In this document: positions 37,722 to 50,730 of the stretch, piece after piece | Position numbering within the stretch: the stretch's first letter is position 1 | How the letters are laid out: each line of letters opens with the position of its first letter | Source of the DNA: Peribolospora baueri | Taxonomy: Eukaryota | Assembly: GCA_029717555.1 (NCBI GenBank) | Contig: JAMDHS010000004.1 | Span: forward strand, 62,001-126,000 | Length of the DNA: 64,000 nucleotides | Reading direction: 5' to 3' | The notes under the pieces: generated by a model | The model's database searches: none | Told to the model about the DNA's origin: nothing | Seen by the model: the letters and a program-made list of their open reading frames with translations, nothing else | Translations under genes and position numbers: made by a program

Positions 37722-39641
37722 TTAGGAATTTGACGAGCCAAACACATCTGAAGAGAGGGCGACACGGGATTGGGAAATCAGTCAGTCAAGCTCTGTCACA
37801 ACACAAAGCAGCTGAACAGAAGGGGGAAGCAAGGGACACTGACCGGCGGACCAGAGGGCCTTCTCCACGTGGCCTTTCGCCATGTCCACTTCGTGCACGC
37901 TGAACATTCGGCAGTCGTCGCACGTCAGCAGGACGAGAATGACCGCGTACTTTTGAGGTGCGATGGAGAGGAAGACGGCATTCTCATCAGCGAAAAAGAA
38001 GGATGACGGGCAGGCAGTCCTACGTCACACCGGCCAGCGCTGGCGCTAGACAGACATCGCAAGCTCACCTCTCGTCGCGCTGCCGAGAACTCCATGACGG
38101 GCAAGATGAAACCGGAAGCGATGGGCTCAAGTCCAAGGGTCGCATCCAATGCCTCTTGGAGCCGCGCCACGGGGTCGCCGCTGGGAAAGCCTGCGACACT
38201 CGTCCTCGGGCTGTCGCCCTTTTTGGCGCCCTTGACGACTTGTTTCTTGAGCTTCTTTGCCATGCTCGTGAACACCGCCGGGTTCTTATAGTACAGCCCT
38301 TTCTTGCTAGTCACGGAGCTCAGATGGACAGCGACGTCGAACTCGGGAATGCCGGGAGCGGTGCCGGAGTGGTTAGATCCGGACCAGGAGGAGGTGGTGG
38401 AGGAGGAGGGCGCGGAAGAGGACTGTGGAGAGAGCGGGAGAGTGTATCTCGATGTCCCGGAATCGCCTCCTGCTGCCGACCGCAAACCGGTGGTAGCGAG
38501 GAGCTTGATGCCAGTATAGTCTCTTTTCTGGGGATACGAAGGTCCGGCAGCAGGGCCGAGCTTGGACCGCTGAGACTCTGGGACGGTCTCAACCTGGAGG
38601 AGATAACCGATGTCGATGTCGAGTCTCTTGCGCAGGCTGTTCAAGCACATGTCCAGCTGGGACGGACCTTTGGAGGGGCCATCACGCGGCGATGCTCGGC
38701 TGCTGTCGCTGATGCTGCTCAGCCGCGACGGCCGAGTGGAAGCCAAGGAGGGTTTGAAAGAGGCGCGGTGCGAGCTTGCAGTGCTGCTCGTGGGAGACAT
38801 GGGCATGGGGATGGGAGAGTAGGAAGCGTGAACGGGAGCACGGCCTGCCGTCTTCTCCAGATTCACGTCGTCGTACGCCGTCCCGTCCTCGTCGTGCGAG
38901 ATGGCGAGGCCGACGATCGACATTCGAGGGTCGTCCTGAGCGAACGCGTACGGATGTTGCTCGGAGATCGACATTGCCGGGTCCATCAACGAACCAGATG
39001 ATGTAATGCGGTGCGCAGGCGGCGTCGGACTGCCGTTCCCCTTCGAATCCAGTGAGCCGCCGTTCAAAGGAGGAACGATGATGCCGAGCCCTGGGTTGGA
39101 GTGGCCGGGCGCCGCGGCCGTGGGCGTGGTAGAAGACTTCTTTGAGCTGAACCACCGCCCGAACTTCTTCTTTCCCTCCCCCTCGATCGCCGGCGACGGC
39201 GACGGCGCCGTCGGCTCTCCCGGCCTACCATTTGTAGACCTGTCCTCCTGCGCCGGAAGGTGGGGCCTCACTTCTTCCCGGACGGCAAAGTCGATCCCCC
39301 GAGGACCGTGATGGAGGAGCGCCTGAGAGAGGCCCCAGTCCTCGAAGGTCTGCTCGCCATCACGCCCGCCCCACGCGTCCGGAGAGATGAAAGACAAGGG
39401 AGACTCATAGAGCGGTTGAAGCTCGTCCTCTATCCGTCGGGTGGCCTGAGGGGGTGGGAGTGAGGGGCAGCAAAGGGAAGAGGACAATGAGCGTTGCGGA
39501 ACGAGTAGACAGGCGAGCGGGGAGATGGTGATGCCAATGCCAACCGAGAGGTATGTCCCATGCGCGGGGCATCCCGGAATGTGAGCGTGAACTCACCGTA
39601 GCCAGCGAAGGATCAATAACGGGAGTGCCGAGAGCCAACAT
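37722..39641 (-). CDS. Uncharacterised protein with C-terminal GAF-like domain, 4 exons
   Basis: Splices as MLALGTPVIDPSLAT|ATRRIEDEL..., with a disordered middle. It then reads LDMCLNSLRKRLDIDIGYLLQV...IKLLATTGL...ASGFILPVME...|YAVILVLLT...RMFSVHEVDMAK. All three introns are frame-consistent. Confidence 0.7.
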
Positions 39642-42286
39642 GTTGGTCCAAGTCCGACGAGGACGACGAGGACGACGAGGTCGACGACGATGTTATGATG
39701 TTCACGACGATGATGGCGACGGCGACGACAATCAGCGAGTGGGAGGCCTCGATTCAGCGCGCGCTAGGCCAGGCGAAGTCGGAGTCGAAGGAAGGAACTT
39801 GGGTCGGGATGGAAGCAAAGTCCGGCAGGTGCCGTCTTGGGAAGGGGGAGACGGAGGAACGGAGTGAGCCAGGGATGCGGTTGCGGCTCGGAGGGCTGGG
39901 CGACGATTGGGTGATGAGTACTGAAGAACGGGACTGAAAGGATGGATGAACGGTTGTGTGTCGTTCAGTCACAAGAAGTGGGGTGGAAGGAAGGAGAAAG
40001 CCGACGGGAACCGGAACATGCGCACGGTCTGATCAACAACGCCGTAATGGCCGTGCCTGTCTAAGTATGTGGAACAGCAGCCGTTTGCGCCCGTATAGTA
40101 CAAATCCGGTTAGACGAGCGGGAAGAGGAGCTCGAGGCTGCATGTCCCCGAGCTCGTGGGCACAGGGCAGGGCCCCGATACAAAGCTGGATGGGTGGAGA
40201 GGAGGAACATCTCCCATCGATACGACACGGGGAGGGGGCCGGAGCGTGGCGGATGCGAAGGTGTCGGTCCCACTTGTTACGAGGCTGAAGGCAAGCAGGA
40301 ACAGCGCCACCCACCGACTGCGGGCGAGCGAGAGCGGCGAGCGCATAAGATGGCGGACCGAAAGAGAACGACGGGCGACTCGACGCCGGTTAGACCATGG
40401 CAAGCGTGAGAGAAGGTCCCCTCGGCTTGACGGTGGGCGAGTGAGACAACCGACGACGGCGACTGCGTAGCAGCCAATAGCAACGGAGTTCCCGGAAGAG
40501 GAAGAGCGGAAGGAAACCGCGACGGTCGCTTCCACGGTCCAGCGATCGAGCCTCTTGGGTGCCCATCCCGTGACCGAGCGGATACAGCTGAACGACCAGG
40601 GTGGTCCGCAAGCGTACTCTGGCTTGCAGGCCTGGCGTCGTCGTTGCATCGCAGGTGACCATTTTACGTCGGGAAGCGGGCAACAGTGAACAACGAGCGA
40701 CGAAAGCGAGAGCGCATGCAGGCATTGTCGAGAACATGATCTGTTGTCCATCTTAGGTACAGGAATTAATTAGGACGGCAGTCGCGTTCGACAACTAGTT
40801 AAGCGTGAGCGGGACGGACGCGCAGGGCACCCGGCTCAAATAGCCAGATTACATGGCTAGGACGCAGGTCATATAGCTCCTGTGGGTGTGCGCGTCGAAG
40901 GGTGGGCCCTCGTCTATCGAGCGAGGGCCGTGGGCACGTTCGCCATGTACGTGCGCAGGAGAGAGGAAAGGAGATGCGAGGCGAGGCGAGAGGGGAGAAG
41001 GTGTGACACACGCAAGATGGTCTAGGTTAGCATCTTCCGGATTGTGCTACCCTCGCACAGCCGCAGCACCTCCGCTGCTCGGTCACCGCTCAATGTGTAG
41101 CGCAAGGCGGTATATGTGCATGTGTATGTGCGTTTGCCGAAGCGTGCGATGATCTTCATCGCAGGCAGGGGCATGCGCAACTCCGACAGAGGGTGGCTGA
41201 AACTGAACTGATCGACTCACTGATCCGCCGGGCCTACTTGATCTCCTCCGCGAGCCAAAGCTACAAGCGGGTCTCCCATGCTCGGCTAAGTACACCTGCA
41301 TCCGTCTCGGTTAGACCCGGTCCAGTTTGCTTGCAATCGCAACCATTGCCGTCTTCGCCAGGTTAACCACCTCCTCAGCCTTCGTTGCCGCCGGGGCCAA
41401 TAACGCGCTGGTTACGGTCACCGCCGTAGTCTCCTGTGCGTACGCACGAAAGCGTTCATCACCCGACCTCGTCGGCCTCATCTCCGCAACTCCACCGGCC
41501 GACCAGCCGGTATCCACTTCGCAGATCGCCAAGTGCGGGCGTTGCGAGCGTCCGACTACAGACAGGCCAGACCGACTGACAGCGCACCCTTCAGCCGCGG
41601 CACCGTCTTCCAAGAAGCGTGGATATTCTGATCCCCTGTCTCCAATCGTGCCGACGCAACGCAGCCGTCCACCTTCCAAATCGAGTCGACACGCGACCTG
41701 GGTGGGTTCGAGCTGCGACATTCTAGCGGCCTCACTACTACCTCCTCCGGTCGGAGCCGTCGAATCTCTCCGGGGTCGGCAAGCCACAACTGCGGCCGGA
41801 GGCGGCCCAAGCTCTCTTCGCTCGCTTACAGGACGTGTTTGCGCTTCCCTCCTCCCCCACCAGTCCTCGCACCACCGGCCAAGGTCAGCTTTCCTGTAAG
41901 CCGCTCAAGCCAGCGGAGTAGCCTCGGCTTGCTAGCAGCAATCGCCTCCGCTATCAGCTGTTGTCAGGTCACCTTCGCCCACAGTGCAGCAAGCAACGAC
42001 ATGCACCGATCGGCCGACGACTTGTTCCGTCCACTCCTCTCTCGGTCACAGGCCTGCCGAGACTACGGCTCGAAAAAGGCCCCGTCGTTGTCGTTCGTCG
42101 GCCCCCCGCTACAGTTCGCAGCCTTTCTGCTCCACCACCCTCCAACGTTGACTGCAACGCCCGCTTCGCAGCCTCGCCCTCGCGCGGTCTTAAGGGCGCC
42201 CGTCCTCCTTCTTCCCTCCCTTTTCCCCCCTCCCGTTCGGACGAGATAACGCCGCGGGCCAGTCGCTAGCCAGTTATACCGCCACC

Positions 42287-45107
42287 ATGGACTCAGCTCA
42301 CGAATATCCTCCCAGTGGCATCTCCGCCACGACCACGCCCACGGACGAGAAGGCGCTTAACCACGCCGACGCCGGTCTGCACAACCTCGGCTATTTGACG
42401 CCCACGACGGACAGGAACGACTCGGAGGGCTACGAAGACGTCGCTGAGGACCTCTGGGACGAGAACCGCGCCCCCCAATTGACCGAGGAGGACAGCGCTC
42501 GTGTCAGGCGAAAGCTCGACATGATCCTCATGCGTGAGCGTCTTCAGACTGTCCTTCTCTCGTCCCACTGCTGACCCGAGGCGACAATCGTCCCCCCCTC
42601 CTCCCAGCCCTCTTCACCACGCTGTACACCTTCCAGTTCCTCGACAAGCAGACGTACAACTTTTCGTCCATCTGGGGACTTCTCGAAGACCTGCACCTCA
42701 ATGCGACCCAGTACGCATGGGGTGGCTCCATCTTCTACTGTGAGAACTTGGCTCGTAGCGATGCTTGCCACGCTCAGTACAGTCTGAAGAGCGACTCCAC
42801 GCCCGCATGCTGACCTCGTCTTTTTCCATCGACACCCTCCTCGGCCTCCGGCCCGTCCACAGGCGGCTTCCTCGTCTCCCAGTTCCTCGTCGGTAGGCTC
42901 GCCCAGCGGTTCCCCATTGCAAAGTTCACCGGCGTGTCCATCCTCTCCTGGAGCGTTATCCTGTGAGTCCGCGCTCAATCACCCCGTTCCGACCGGACCA
43001 AGCGTGTCACACTCACTTCCGTCTCGCCCGTCCGTCCGTCCTTTCGACGATGACACAGCATGTGCCTCGCGGCGACCAAGAACGCCGCGGGCATGTTCGC
43101 GGACCGCTTCTTCCTCGGCGTTGCGGAGGCCGCCATCTCGCCCACCTGCGTGCTCATGACGGGTATGTGGTACACCAAGGCCGAGCAGCCCCTCCGCAGC
43201 TCCATCTGGTTCACTGGCGACGCGATCGGCAACTTCATCGGGTGAGTCTGCGACCATGTCGCGACGTGCGTCTACATACGTTGAGTACGGGGGGTATTCG
43301 GTTTCGCTGAAACGTGTCTTCTCCCATGGCCTTTTTTTCCGTCGTCCATCGTTCGCCGCGTGCTTCACACAGCGGTCTCATCGGTTATGGTATTGGTCAT
43401 ATCGAGCACCCCGCCCTGCCCGTCTGGAAGATCTTCTTCCTTGTGCGTTGAGCCCTCTGCCGCATCGCTGCGCAGCATCCGAGCGTGCGCCGTCCGTCTC
43501 GACTGACCTCACCTCTTTCCTTTCTCATTGCCTCCGTCCCCGTTCCCCGCCCCCTCAGATCTTCGGTGGTGTGACCGTCTTCTTCGCCATCGTCTTCACC
43601 GTCCTCATCCCCGACTCGCCCATGAACGCCAGGTGGCTCACCGCGGACGAGAAGCTCATCGCCCTCGAGCGCATCCGTTCCAACATGACCGGCTTCCAGT
43701 CTGTGTAAGTATCTGCGGACGTCCGGTTAGCGGGTCTCCCCGCCGTCTTGTCTCATGCGAACGCGCTGGAGAGAGCCGCCGCTGATCTATCTGCCCCCTT
43801 TTCCTTGCCTTTGTCCACTACTCGCCTGGCTCGGTCGCCTCGCTCAGCAAGTGGAAGTGGCCTCAGGTCATGGAGGCCATCAAGGATCCCCAAGTCTTGC
43901 TGCTCGTCATCATCGGCCTCTGCAACGCCCTCCCCGCTTCCGGCCCCGGCCAGTTCGGCTCCATCATCGTCAAGGTGAGGTCGTGTCCTTGACTACTCGA
44001 CGTGAATAGGCTGGCTGACGCATGTCCTTCTGTCCTTGGCGGGCCTTCCTTTCGTTCCTAACCGGCCTTAGTCGTTCGGCTTCTCCTCTCTCAACACGAC
44101 CCTCCTTAACTCGCTCCCCTCGGCCGTGATTCAAGTGCTCAGCCTTATCCTCGCTGGATGGTTGGCATCCACCCGACCGAACCTGCGCCTGTGGATCATG
44201 TCCCTCTGCAACATACCCCCCCTTGTCGGCGCCATCTTGCTTTTCACTTTGCCCATTCACAACAAAGCTGGTGGTCTGATTGGGTGCGTCGTCGGTGCCG
44301 TCTCGAGTGACGAGGCTCCAGCGGATCGTATGGTAGCGTCGACTGACCTCGCCCGCGTCTTTGCCTCTTCCCGCTTCGACAGCTACTGGCTCTGCTACTG
44401 CCACACGTGCACGCTCTCCCTCCTTTTCGCGGTCACCCAGGCCAACATCGGTGAGCGGCGTCAGCTTGGTGAACGAACGGGGTCCAGAGGCGAAGGAAGG
44501 CCGGCATGACTGAGGCCCTCTTTTCTTTGAACGATCTCGCGCAGCCGGCTTCACGAAGAAGGCCACCGTGACCGCGTTCCTCTTCATTGCTTGTGAGTGG
44601 CCGTTTGCTTTCGTCTCGTCGCACTCGGGTCTGCGCGCACTGGCATCATCATGCATGACATGGCTCGGGGTAATGGGGTGCTGACCGCTCGCGCATTCCG
44701 CACATCCTTCGTCCGTTTTTGTTTGCCATCCTCGACAGACTCGGTCGGCCAGATCGCCGGCCCTCAGTTCTTCATTCTCAAAGACCACGGGCGTTACGCG
44801 CTCGGCTTCGGCATGATGAGTGAGTGGGATGGAGGAAGAGGGGATTGTTTTGGGGAAAGTAGCTGATCGATCCTTTCCCCCGTCGGCCATTTAATCTCCT
44901 GTAGTGACCTGCTACGCTCTCACCGTCATCTTCCCTATCATCCTGCGCCTGTATTACGTGAACGAGAACAAGCGGAGGGACGCGATGCTGTCGGCTCGCA
45001 CTGGAGGCAGGATATCCGAGGTGGACGTGAAGATGGCCGCGGAGAAGTACCGGTTCAAGGACAAGTCGGACAGGCAGAACGCTCTGTACTTCCGTTACGT
45101 GCTTTGA
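42287..45107 (+). CDS. MFS transporter, anion:cation symporter / allantoate permease (Dal5-like) family, 12 exons
   Basis: Contains RKLD..LMP, QFLDK, WGGSIFY, RFFLGVAEAAISP, WYTKAEQPLR, PDSPMNARWL, NIAGFTKK, GQIAGPQ and ENKRRD. It ends D.SD.QN..FRYVL. Confidence 0.92.
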
Positions 45108-47810
45108 GTGCCCCATGGCTGGCGAGGCGACTCTCTCCTCATGGCTCGCTCATAGATAGGCAAGCCGTCCCGCGCGTCCTTGGCGTCTTCTCAATTTTCT
45201 GTTTCGGCGTTCCGTCTTTCGTCTTCGCTCCCGGCTTCTCCTCACGTCTCATCTCGTTCTTGTCTGCTTGCTTGCTTGCTCTTGGGACTGCCCCCGGCCC
45301 CCCCCTGCCGCTCGCTCCGCCCCTCCTTTCCTGCCTACTCTCGTTTGTCCGTCTTCGCTTCCCGCGCCCCCCCTCCCTCCCCCCCTTTCCCCCCATGGAT
45401 CTTCTGGAACATTCACCTTTATACCAGCCGACCCAGTAGGAGGCGGCCAGTCGGCCCGCCATCCGTCTCGACTCGCCTCGTTCGATCATCGATCGACCGT
45501 CCGCTTGGTCCCCCCCGGCCCCTCCCCCCGACGTGTTCGTGCGTATTGCTGCTCCTTCTACTACATAATTGCTTCGCTTCGTCGGAATCGAGCGGCTTGG
45601 CCCTGCTGCCCCATGATCATGATCGGAGGAGAAGAGTGTAGAGAAAGACAACGAGAAGACAAGACAAGACAAGACAAAAAAAGAACGTGTTCGACCGCCG
45701 TCCGTCCGTATGTCCGTCCGTCACACGCGTCGGTCGTAGGGTAGGGAAAGACAATCGGCGACTGGCTTACCCGTCCAGCCGGTAGTGCCGAGTCCGATCG
45801 CATCGCGTCCGTCGCAGACCCACCCGCCCTCCATTCAACCAACCACCCATCTATCTATTCATCTTTCCTTCCTAGTTACCTTCCCCTTCCTACTAGATCT
45901 AGTAGATGGACACGACACGTCTCGCGCCCGCGCGTGCCTGCTTGAGCTGGCGGCCGTCCGGTTTTGTTGTGCCGCACTGCTGGCATGGCGCCACAGCGTC
46001 GAGCTTACTCACGTACATACTACATACATACTACTGTACATACACACGTACATAATTACAGGGATAGGTGCGGCGCAGTGTTGCCTATCTAGCTCGGATA
46101 GACGAGACGAGGGTGAGGAACTAGTTAGGGACGCGAGAGATGAGGCTGGCAGGACGAGCGGGTCACATGCGCCGTTGCCGTTGCCGGGCCATGTGCACAG
46201 ACTGGCTCGGCGCGGTTCGGCGGGGTTGGTTGGCCGATGGATGGATGGAAGGAAGGATGGTGTGGAGTGAGTGGAGCGGAAGGAAGGAAGGGCGCGGCAG
46301 CATGTCACTAGGAGGACGAGACGACGATGCGATTGAATGTAAGCGTGGAGGAGCGAGTGGTGGTGCATGCTATGCTATGCTATGCTATGCCATGCTGTGT
46401 TGCGCAGACGGCCTGCGCTTAGTTCACTCGCTTGGGCCAATGACGACGATGAAGACGAGCGTAGGCTAGGGCTAGGCTACGTACGACGCCGCCGGTCCGA
46501 TCCACCCGAGCGACAGCGAACGTCCGAGTGGGCCGACAGGACCGAGCGACGGCGGGCGGGACGAAGGAGGCTTGGCCGGCGGCGAGGGGGACATAGCTGG
46601 CTAGCATAGGGGAGAAGGAAGGCGAAGGGGGGCGAGAAGGGGGGTCTGATTTGAATTGAAGGGACGACGTCGGCGTTGAATGGCCGTAATTCATTTGGCC
46701 ATAACTCATTTTCCGACGCCATTACAAGGTGGCCGCGGCGCCCCTTCATTTCATCACCGCGTGCTCGGCCCGCGCTGGTTAGAGGGTAAAGATAGGGTTA
46801 GCATGCACGCGCTCGCCTGCCTGCCCGCTCTAACCCTCCCTCTCCTCCATGCATTCTCCTCTCCTCCAGGTACATCCCATGCCACCCGTGCATCCGCCCG
46901 TGCTCGTCGTCCGAGCCATGCAGAGCGTGCCGACAGAAGAAGAAGCAGAAGAAGAAGCAGAAGCAGAAGCAGGAACGGCGACGATGACGGCGACGGCGAC
47001 GCGATATCGACCACGTCGACTCACCAACGGCCAACGACCTCCAGCGACGACAAAAGAAATGCGAATGCGCGCCCTCCAGCACGCTCGTACTCTAGCTCGC
47101 TGTGCCCTCCGACAAGTCTCCTCGACTCGCCTTAGGCCCCCTCGTCTCGCATCTCGCCCACCTCTCTCTACCACCAACGCCAGTGTCCCTCCCGCTCGCT
47201 CACCTCGCTCCCTCCCGTTTCGTTCATGCGATGCCGTCCCCCGTGCCGTGCCGTGCCCTGTGCTCGGCCCTATTGCCCTGCCGTGTGCCCGGCCCTGACA
47301 GACCTCTCACCATCTTGTCCTGACCTGGCCTCGTATGAAGAGACGAAAGCAGAAACAGAAACCGGCTCGGCTCGGCACGATAGTAGCACTCAGATGAGAA
47401 CGTACAGGAGTTGCGTATCGTATCGTATCGTATCGCCTCCCCGTCCTCTCCTGTCTCCTCCCCTCGCCTCTCCCTTCCCTAGCCTCCTCCTCCTCCGTCC
47501 TTGCTCGCCTCGTCCCTCCCCTCCTCTTCGCTCCTCGTCCTCAAAAGCACACACACCCCCACACCTCGTCGCCGCCGACCTCGCCTCCCTCCCTCATCTT
47601 TTCTTTTTCCTTCGCCTTCGCCTTCGCCTTCTTCTTCTTCTCCCCCTCCCACTTGGGAAAGACAGACCCTTCTTGGTCTGGCGGACAAGCGCACCAACGC
47701 TCACCTCTTCTAGCCCTGCTTGCCAGCTTCTTCCCTCCTCAGCGTCCGCGTCGACGTCTCACATCCGACACTCTTTCGCCTCTTTCCTAACTCCCCCTTC
47801 CTCCTCCAAC

Positions 47811-49393
47811 ATGCGCTCCCTCCTCGCCGCCACTCTCCTCCTCTCCGCCCTCGCTCACGCCTTCCCCGCCCCCGCCCCCGCGCCCTCCCCGCTCGCCTAC
47901 GTCCCGCCCGACCCCCACAAGCTCTTCAAGCGTGCTAATGTCACGTATCCGACCGCCTACCAGGTCGCCACCACCCCGCGGCCCGAGTGGCTCGACGCCT
48001 ACAACCAGGCCAAGGCCGCCGGCCTGATCCCTTCCAACGTGCCCGTCTCCACGGCCTCGGCAGACGAGTCGTTGACGTCGTACCCCAACGCCAACATGAC
48101 CGCGGTGTGCAGCTGGACGACGGATAAGTGCTACAACCCAGACGACATCCACACCGCCCCCCCCGGAAAATGGGGCCTAGGCTTCGATGACGGCCCTACC
48201 ACAGCATCGCCAGACTTGTACAACTTTCTTACTCAGAATAATCAGATGGCATCCCACTTTTTTATCGGTTCGAATGTTCTTAGCACCCCGGATGCTTTTC
48301 AAGCTGCTGTGAACTCGGGTCAGCATATGTGCGCTCATACCTGGTGCGTTCCCCCGTCTCTTTCTTTTGGCTTTCTTGGCTGTCTGTTTTTTCTATGCGT
48401 CGTCGTCGTCTATGCGCCTCTCTTGGCTGTCTATGCGTCTGCCGTCGTCTATGCTTCCTGCGCACGTCCCTCACCGCCCCTCTTCTTTTCTTTCGTCCTC
48501 GCAGGAGTCACCCACCGCTGATCACGAGTCTCCCCGATACCACCGTCGTCGCTGAACTCGGATGGTCCATGCAGAGCGAGTCCCGCCTTTCCTCTTTCCG
48601 CCTCGCGTCCTTTGCGCTCTGACACGCCGTTCCCCTCCTACCTCTCAGTCATATACGATCAGGCAGGAGGCCGCGTCGTCAAGTACTGGCGCCCCCCGCA
48701 AGGCGACGTCGACAACCGCGTCCGCGCCATCGCCAAGTACGGTGAGCCGAGTCGCATCCTTCTTTTTCCTTGCACATCGTCCCTTCTGCTCGCGAGCCGC
48801 TCGCTGACGCGCCTCCATTTCTCCTCGCAGTCTTCGGCATGCGGACCATCATGTGGAGCGCCGACGCCGACGACTGGTGTCTCCAAATGGGCTCTGGCTC
48901 GTCCTGCAAGCCTCCCGACCCGGGCGCCTCTTATCAGAGCGTCGTCAACACCATGGAGGGCTTCCTCAATAATACCAACAAGACCGACGGCTTGATCATC
49001 TTGGAGCACGAGCTCACCGATCAATCCGTCAATGTCTTCAAGACGATCTACCCCATCGGCAAGGCCAACGGCTGGATACCCCAAGCGATCGTAGATCTCT
49101 ACGGTCTGCCCTGGTATCAGAACGCTGTCGATAGCAAAGACTCGTCCATCCAGAGCCGCTCCGACATTGTCTATGTCTCCACCGCCACCGGCAACGCGCC
49201 CACCTCGACCCCGATCCCGTCGTCGTCGGCCTCAGCCACCGCTCCCGTCGGCACCGCTGCTGCAGCCTCGGCCAGCTCGTCCGCGCACAAGAATTCCGGC
49301 GCGCCCCCCACCAAGGCGCTGGCGTCCACCAAAGCCGCCGTCGTCGCCGGGCCTCTCTTTGCCCTCCTCGCCACCTCGCTCCTATTGGCTTGA
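47811..49393 (+). CDS. Chitin deacetylase (carbohydrate esterase family 4), secreted and probably GPI-anchored, 4 exons
   Basis: Signal peptide and CE4 motifs FDDGP, HTW|SHP, RPPQG, DADDW and LEHE. A Ser/Thr/Ala linker leads to a hydrophobic C-terminus. Intron 2 is GC-AG. Confidence 0.92.
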
Positions 49394-50015
49394 GTCGAGT
49401 AGCGTTCGGGTTTCCACCGTTCGCCTTTCCCTTTGTCCGCCTTGTCGCCTTTCCTTCGTTTTCGACCTCCCCTAACCCTTACGCGTGTCTTTGTCCAACG
49501 TCCGTTCACGACCCCCACACGTACCGTACTATTCATATATACCCCCAGCTCTCCCTACCCCTTCTTGCCCGCGCCCGTCCTTGTTCCTTTCATAACAGAC
49601 GCCTTATTTCGCAGCGGGCGTTTCCATTCGTAAGAAACGGACACTATGGAATCTTTTCGCATGGACTTTTTTTTCTTTCTTTTTCTTTTGACCTCTCCGT
49701 TTCGCCCCTCTACCGCTCGCGCTATCATCTTTTGCACTCGCACCACACCTTTCCCGGCAGCCCGCTCGTTCGTCCTGCTGCCTGACGACCGTAGTTTTGT
49801 TCTTTTTCGCCTCGCCTCGGTCTCCCGTATCGTATCGTAGTCGTCTTGCCCCCCAGTCACCCGACCCGGCCAGGAATGAACAAACGGTATTGATTTTTTT
49901 TTTGCTTCTTTTTCGGGGCTCGTTGACTCTGGACGATGCGGAGCGAAGCGGACACGGTCGTGTGAAAGTAATGTCGTGAGCGTGAGGCCGACGGTCTGGG
50001 TTGCGTCGACCGACG

Positions 50016-50050
50016 CGATACGATACGATACGATACGATACGATACGATA
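50016..50050. repeat. (CGATA)7 pentanucleotide microsatellite
   Basis: Seven perfect copies. The complementary (TATCG)4 occurs at 47416-47435. Confidence 0.9.
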
Positions 50051-50162
50051 CTGTGCCTAGATCGAATTTGCCGCCTCTCTCTTTTCTTTTTTTTATTTCT
50101 TTTTCGGTCGCCCGGGACTTTCCTCGCGTGGGACGTGCGTGCGCACGATCGTGGGTCCGCGG

Positions 50163-50300
50163 AGATAAATGACTGCACAGAGATAAGGGACGAGCAGAAA
50201 AATTTTCTTCTTCTTCGGCGCGGCGCGTCCGATGGTCGGGCGACCGACCGAACGCGGTTGAGGCGAAAGATAGAGAGGGAGGGAGAGAGGAGAGAGATAG
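50163..50300 (+). promoter_or_regulatory. Cluster of four HGATAR sites upstream of the purine-cytosine permease
   Basis: AGATAA at 50163 and 50181, and AGATAG at 50268 and 50295, lie 430-570 bp upstream of the ATG. Confidence 0.45.
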
Positions 50301-50730
50301 CTGGATTGGACGCCGTCGTCCCCGTCCTTGTCGCTCGCTCCCACCTCGTCAGCTGGCCAGCAGTGTGGAGTGGAAGGGCGGAGGAGAAGAAGAGGTCAGG
50401 AACGAGCGAGCGTCTTCTTTCGTCAAAGCCCTCCCTCTGAGACAACCACCACAGACAGGCACGCTCGTCCGACACCACTGCGCTGACACCGAGAGCGGAG
50501 GTACATATAGAAAATAGGACCGTCGTCGGATCTCTCGCTTCCCTCTGACTCTTCTTTTTCATACCCCTCCTTCCCCATCCTTTTCCTTCCCCTCCCTCCT
50601 TTCCCTCCCTCTCCTTTCCCTTCCCTCCCTCTCGAGAGTCCCTCTCTCTCGATTGGCGCGCGCGCCCTCGTGTGACCGACCACCCCCCCTCGCACCCGTC
50701 CTTTCTTCCTTTCGCCTCCCCCTTCCCACC

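Noticed and set aside
41311..41899. Overlapping 158-aa and 190-aa ORFs in the long divergent intergenic region
   Set aside because: Non-ATG starts, no motif and no splice support. A gene remnant cannot be excluded.
45890..45905. 16-bp perfect palindrome CTACTAGATCTAGTAG
   Set aside because: About one is expected by chance in 64 kb (64000/4^8).
45655..46975. Simple repeats (GACAA)n, (ATGCT)n and GAA/GCA runs in the intergenic region
   Set aside because: Ordinary microsatellites with no repeat-spacer structure, so not CRISPR-like.
48374..48455. Four TCTATGC copies in chitin deacetylase intron 1
   Set aside because: Best explained as a local imperfect tandem duplication within the intron.
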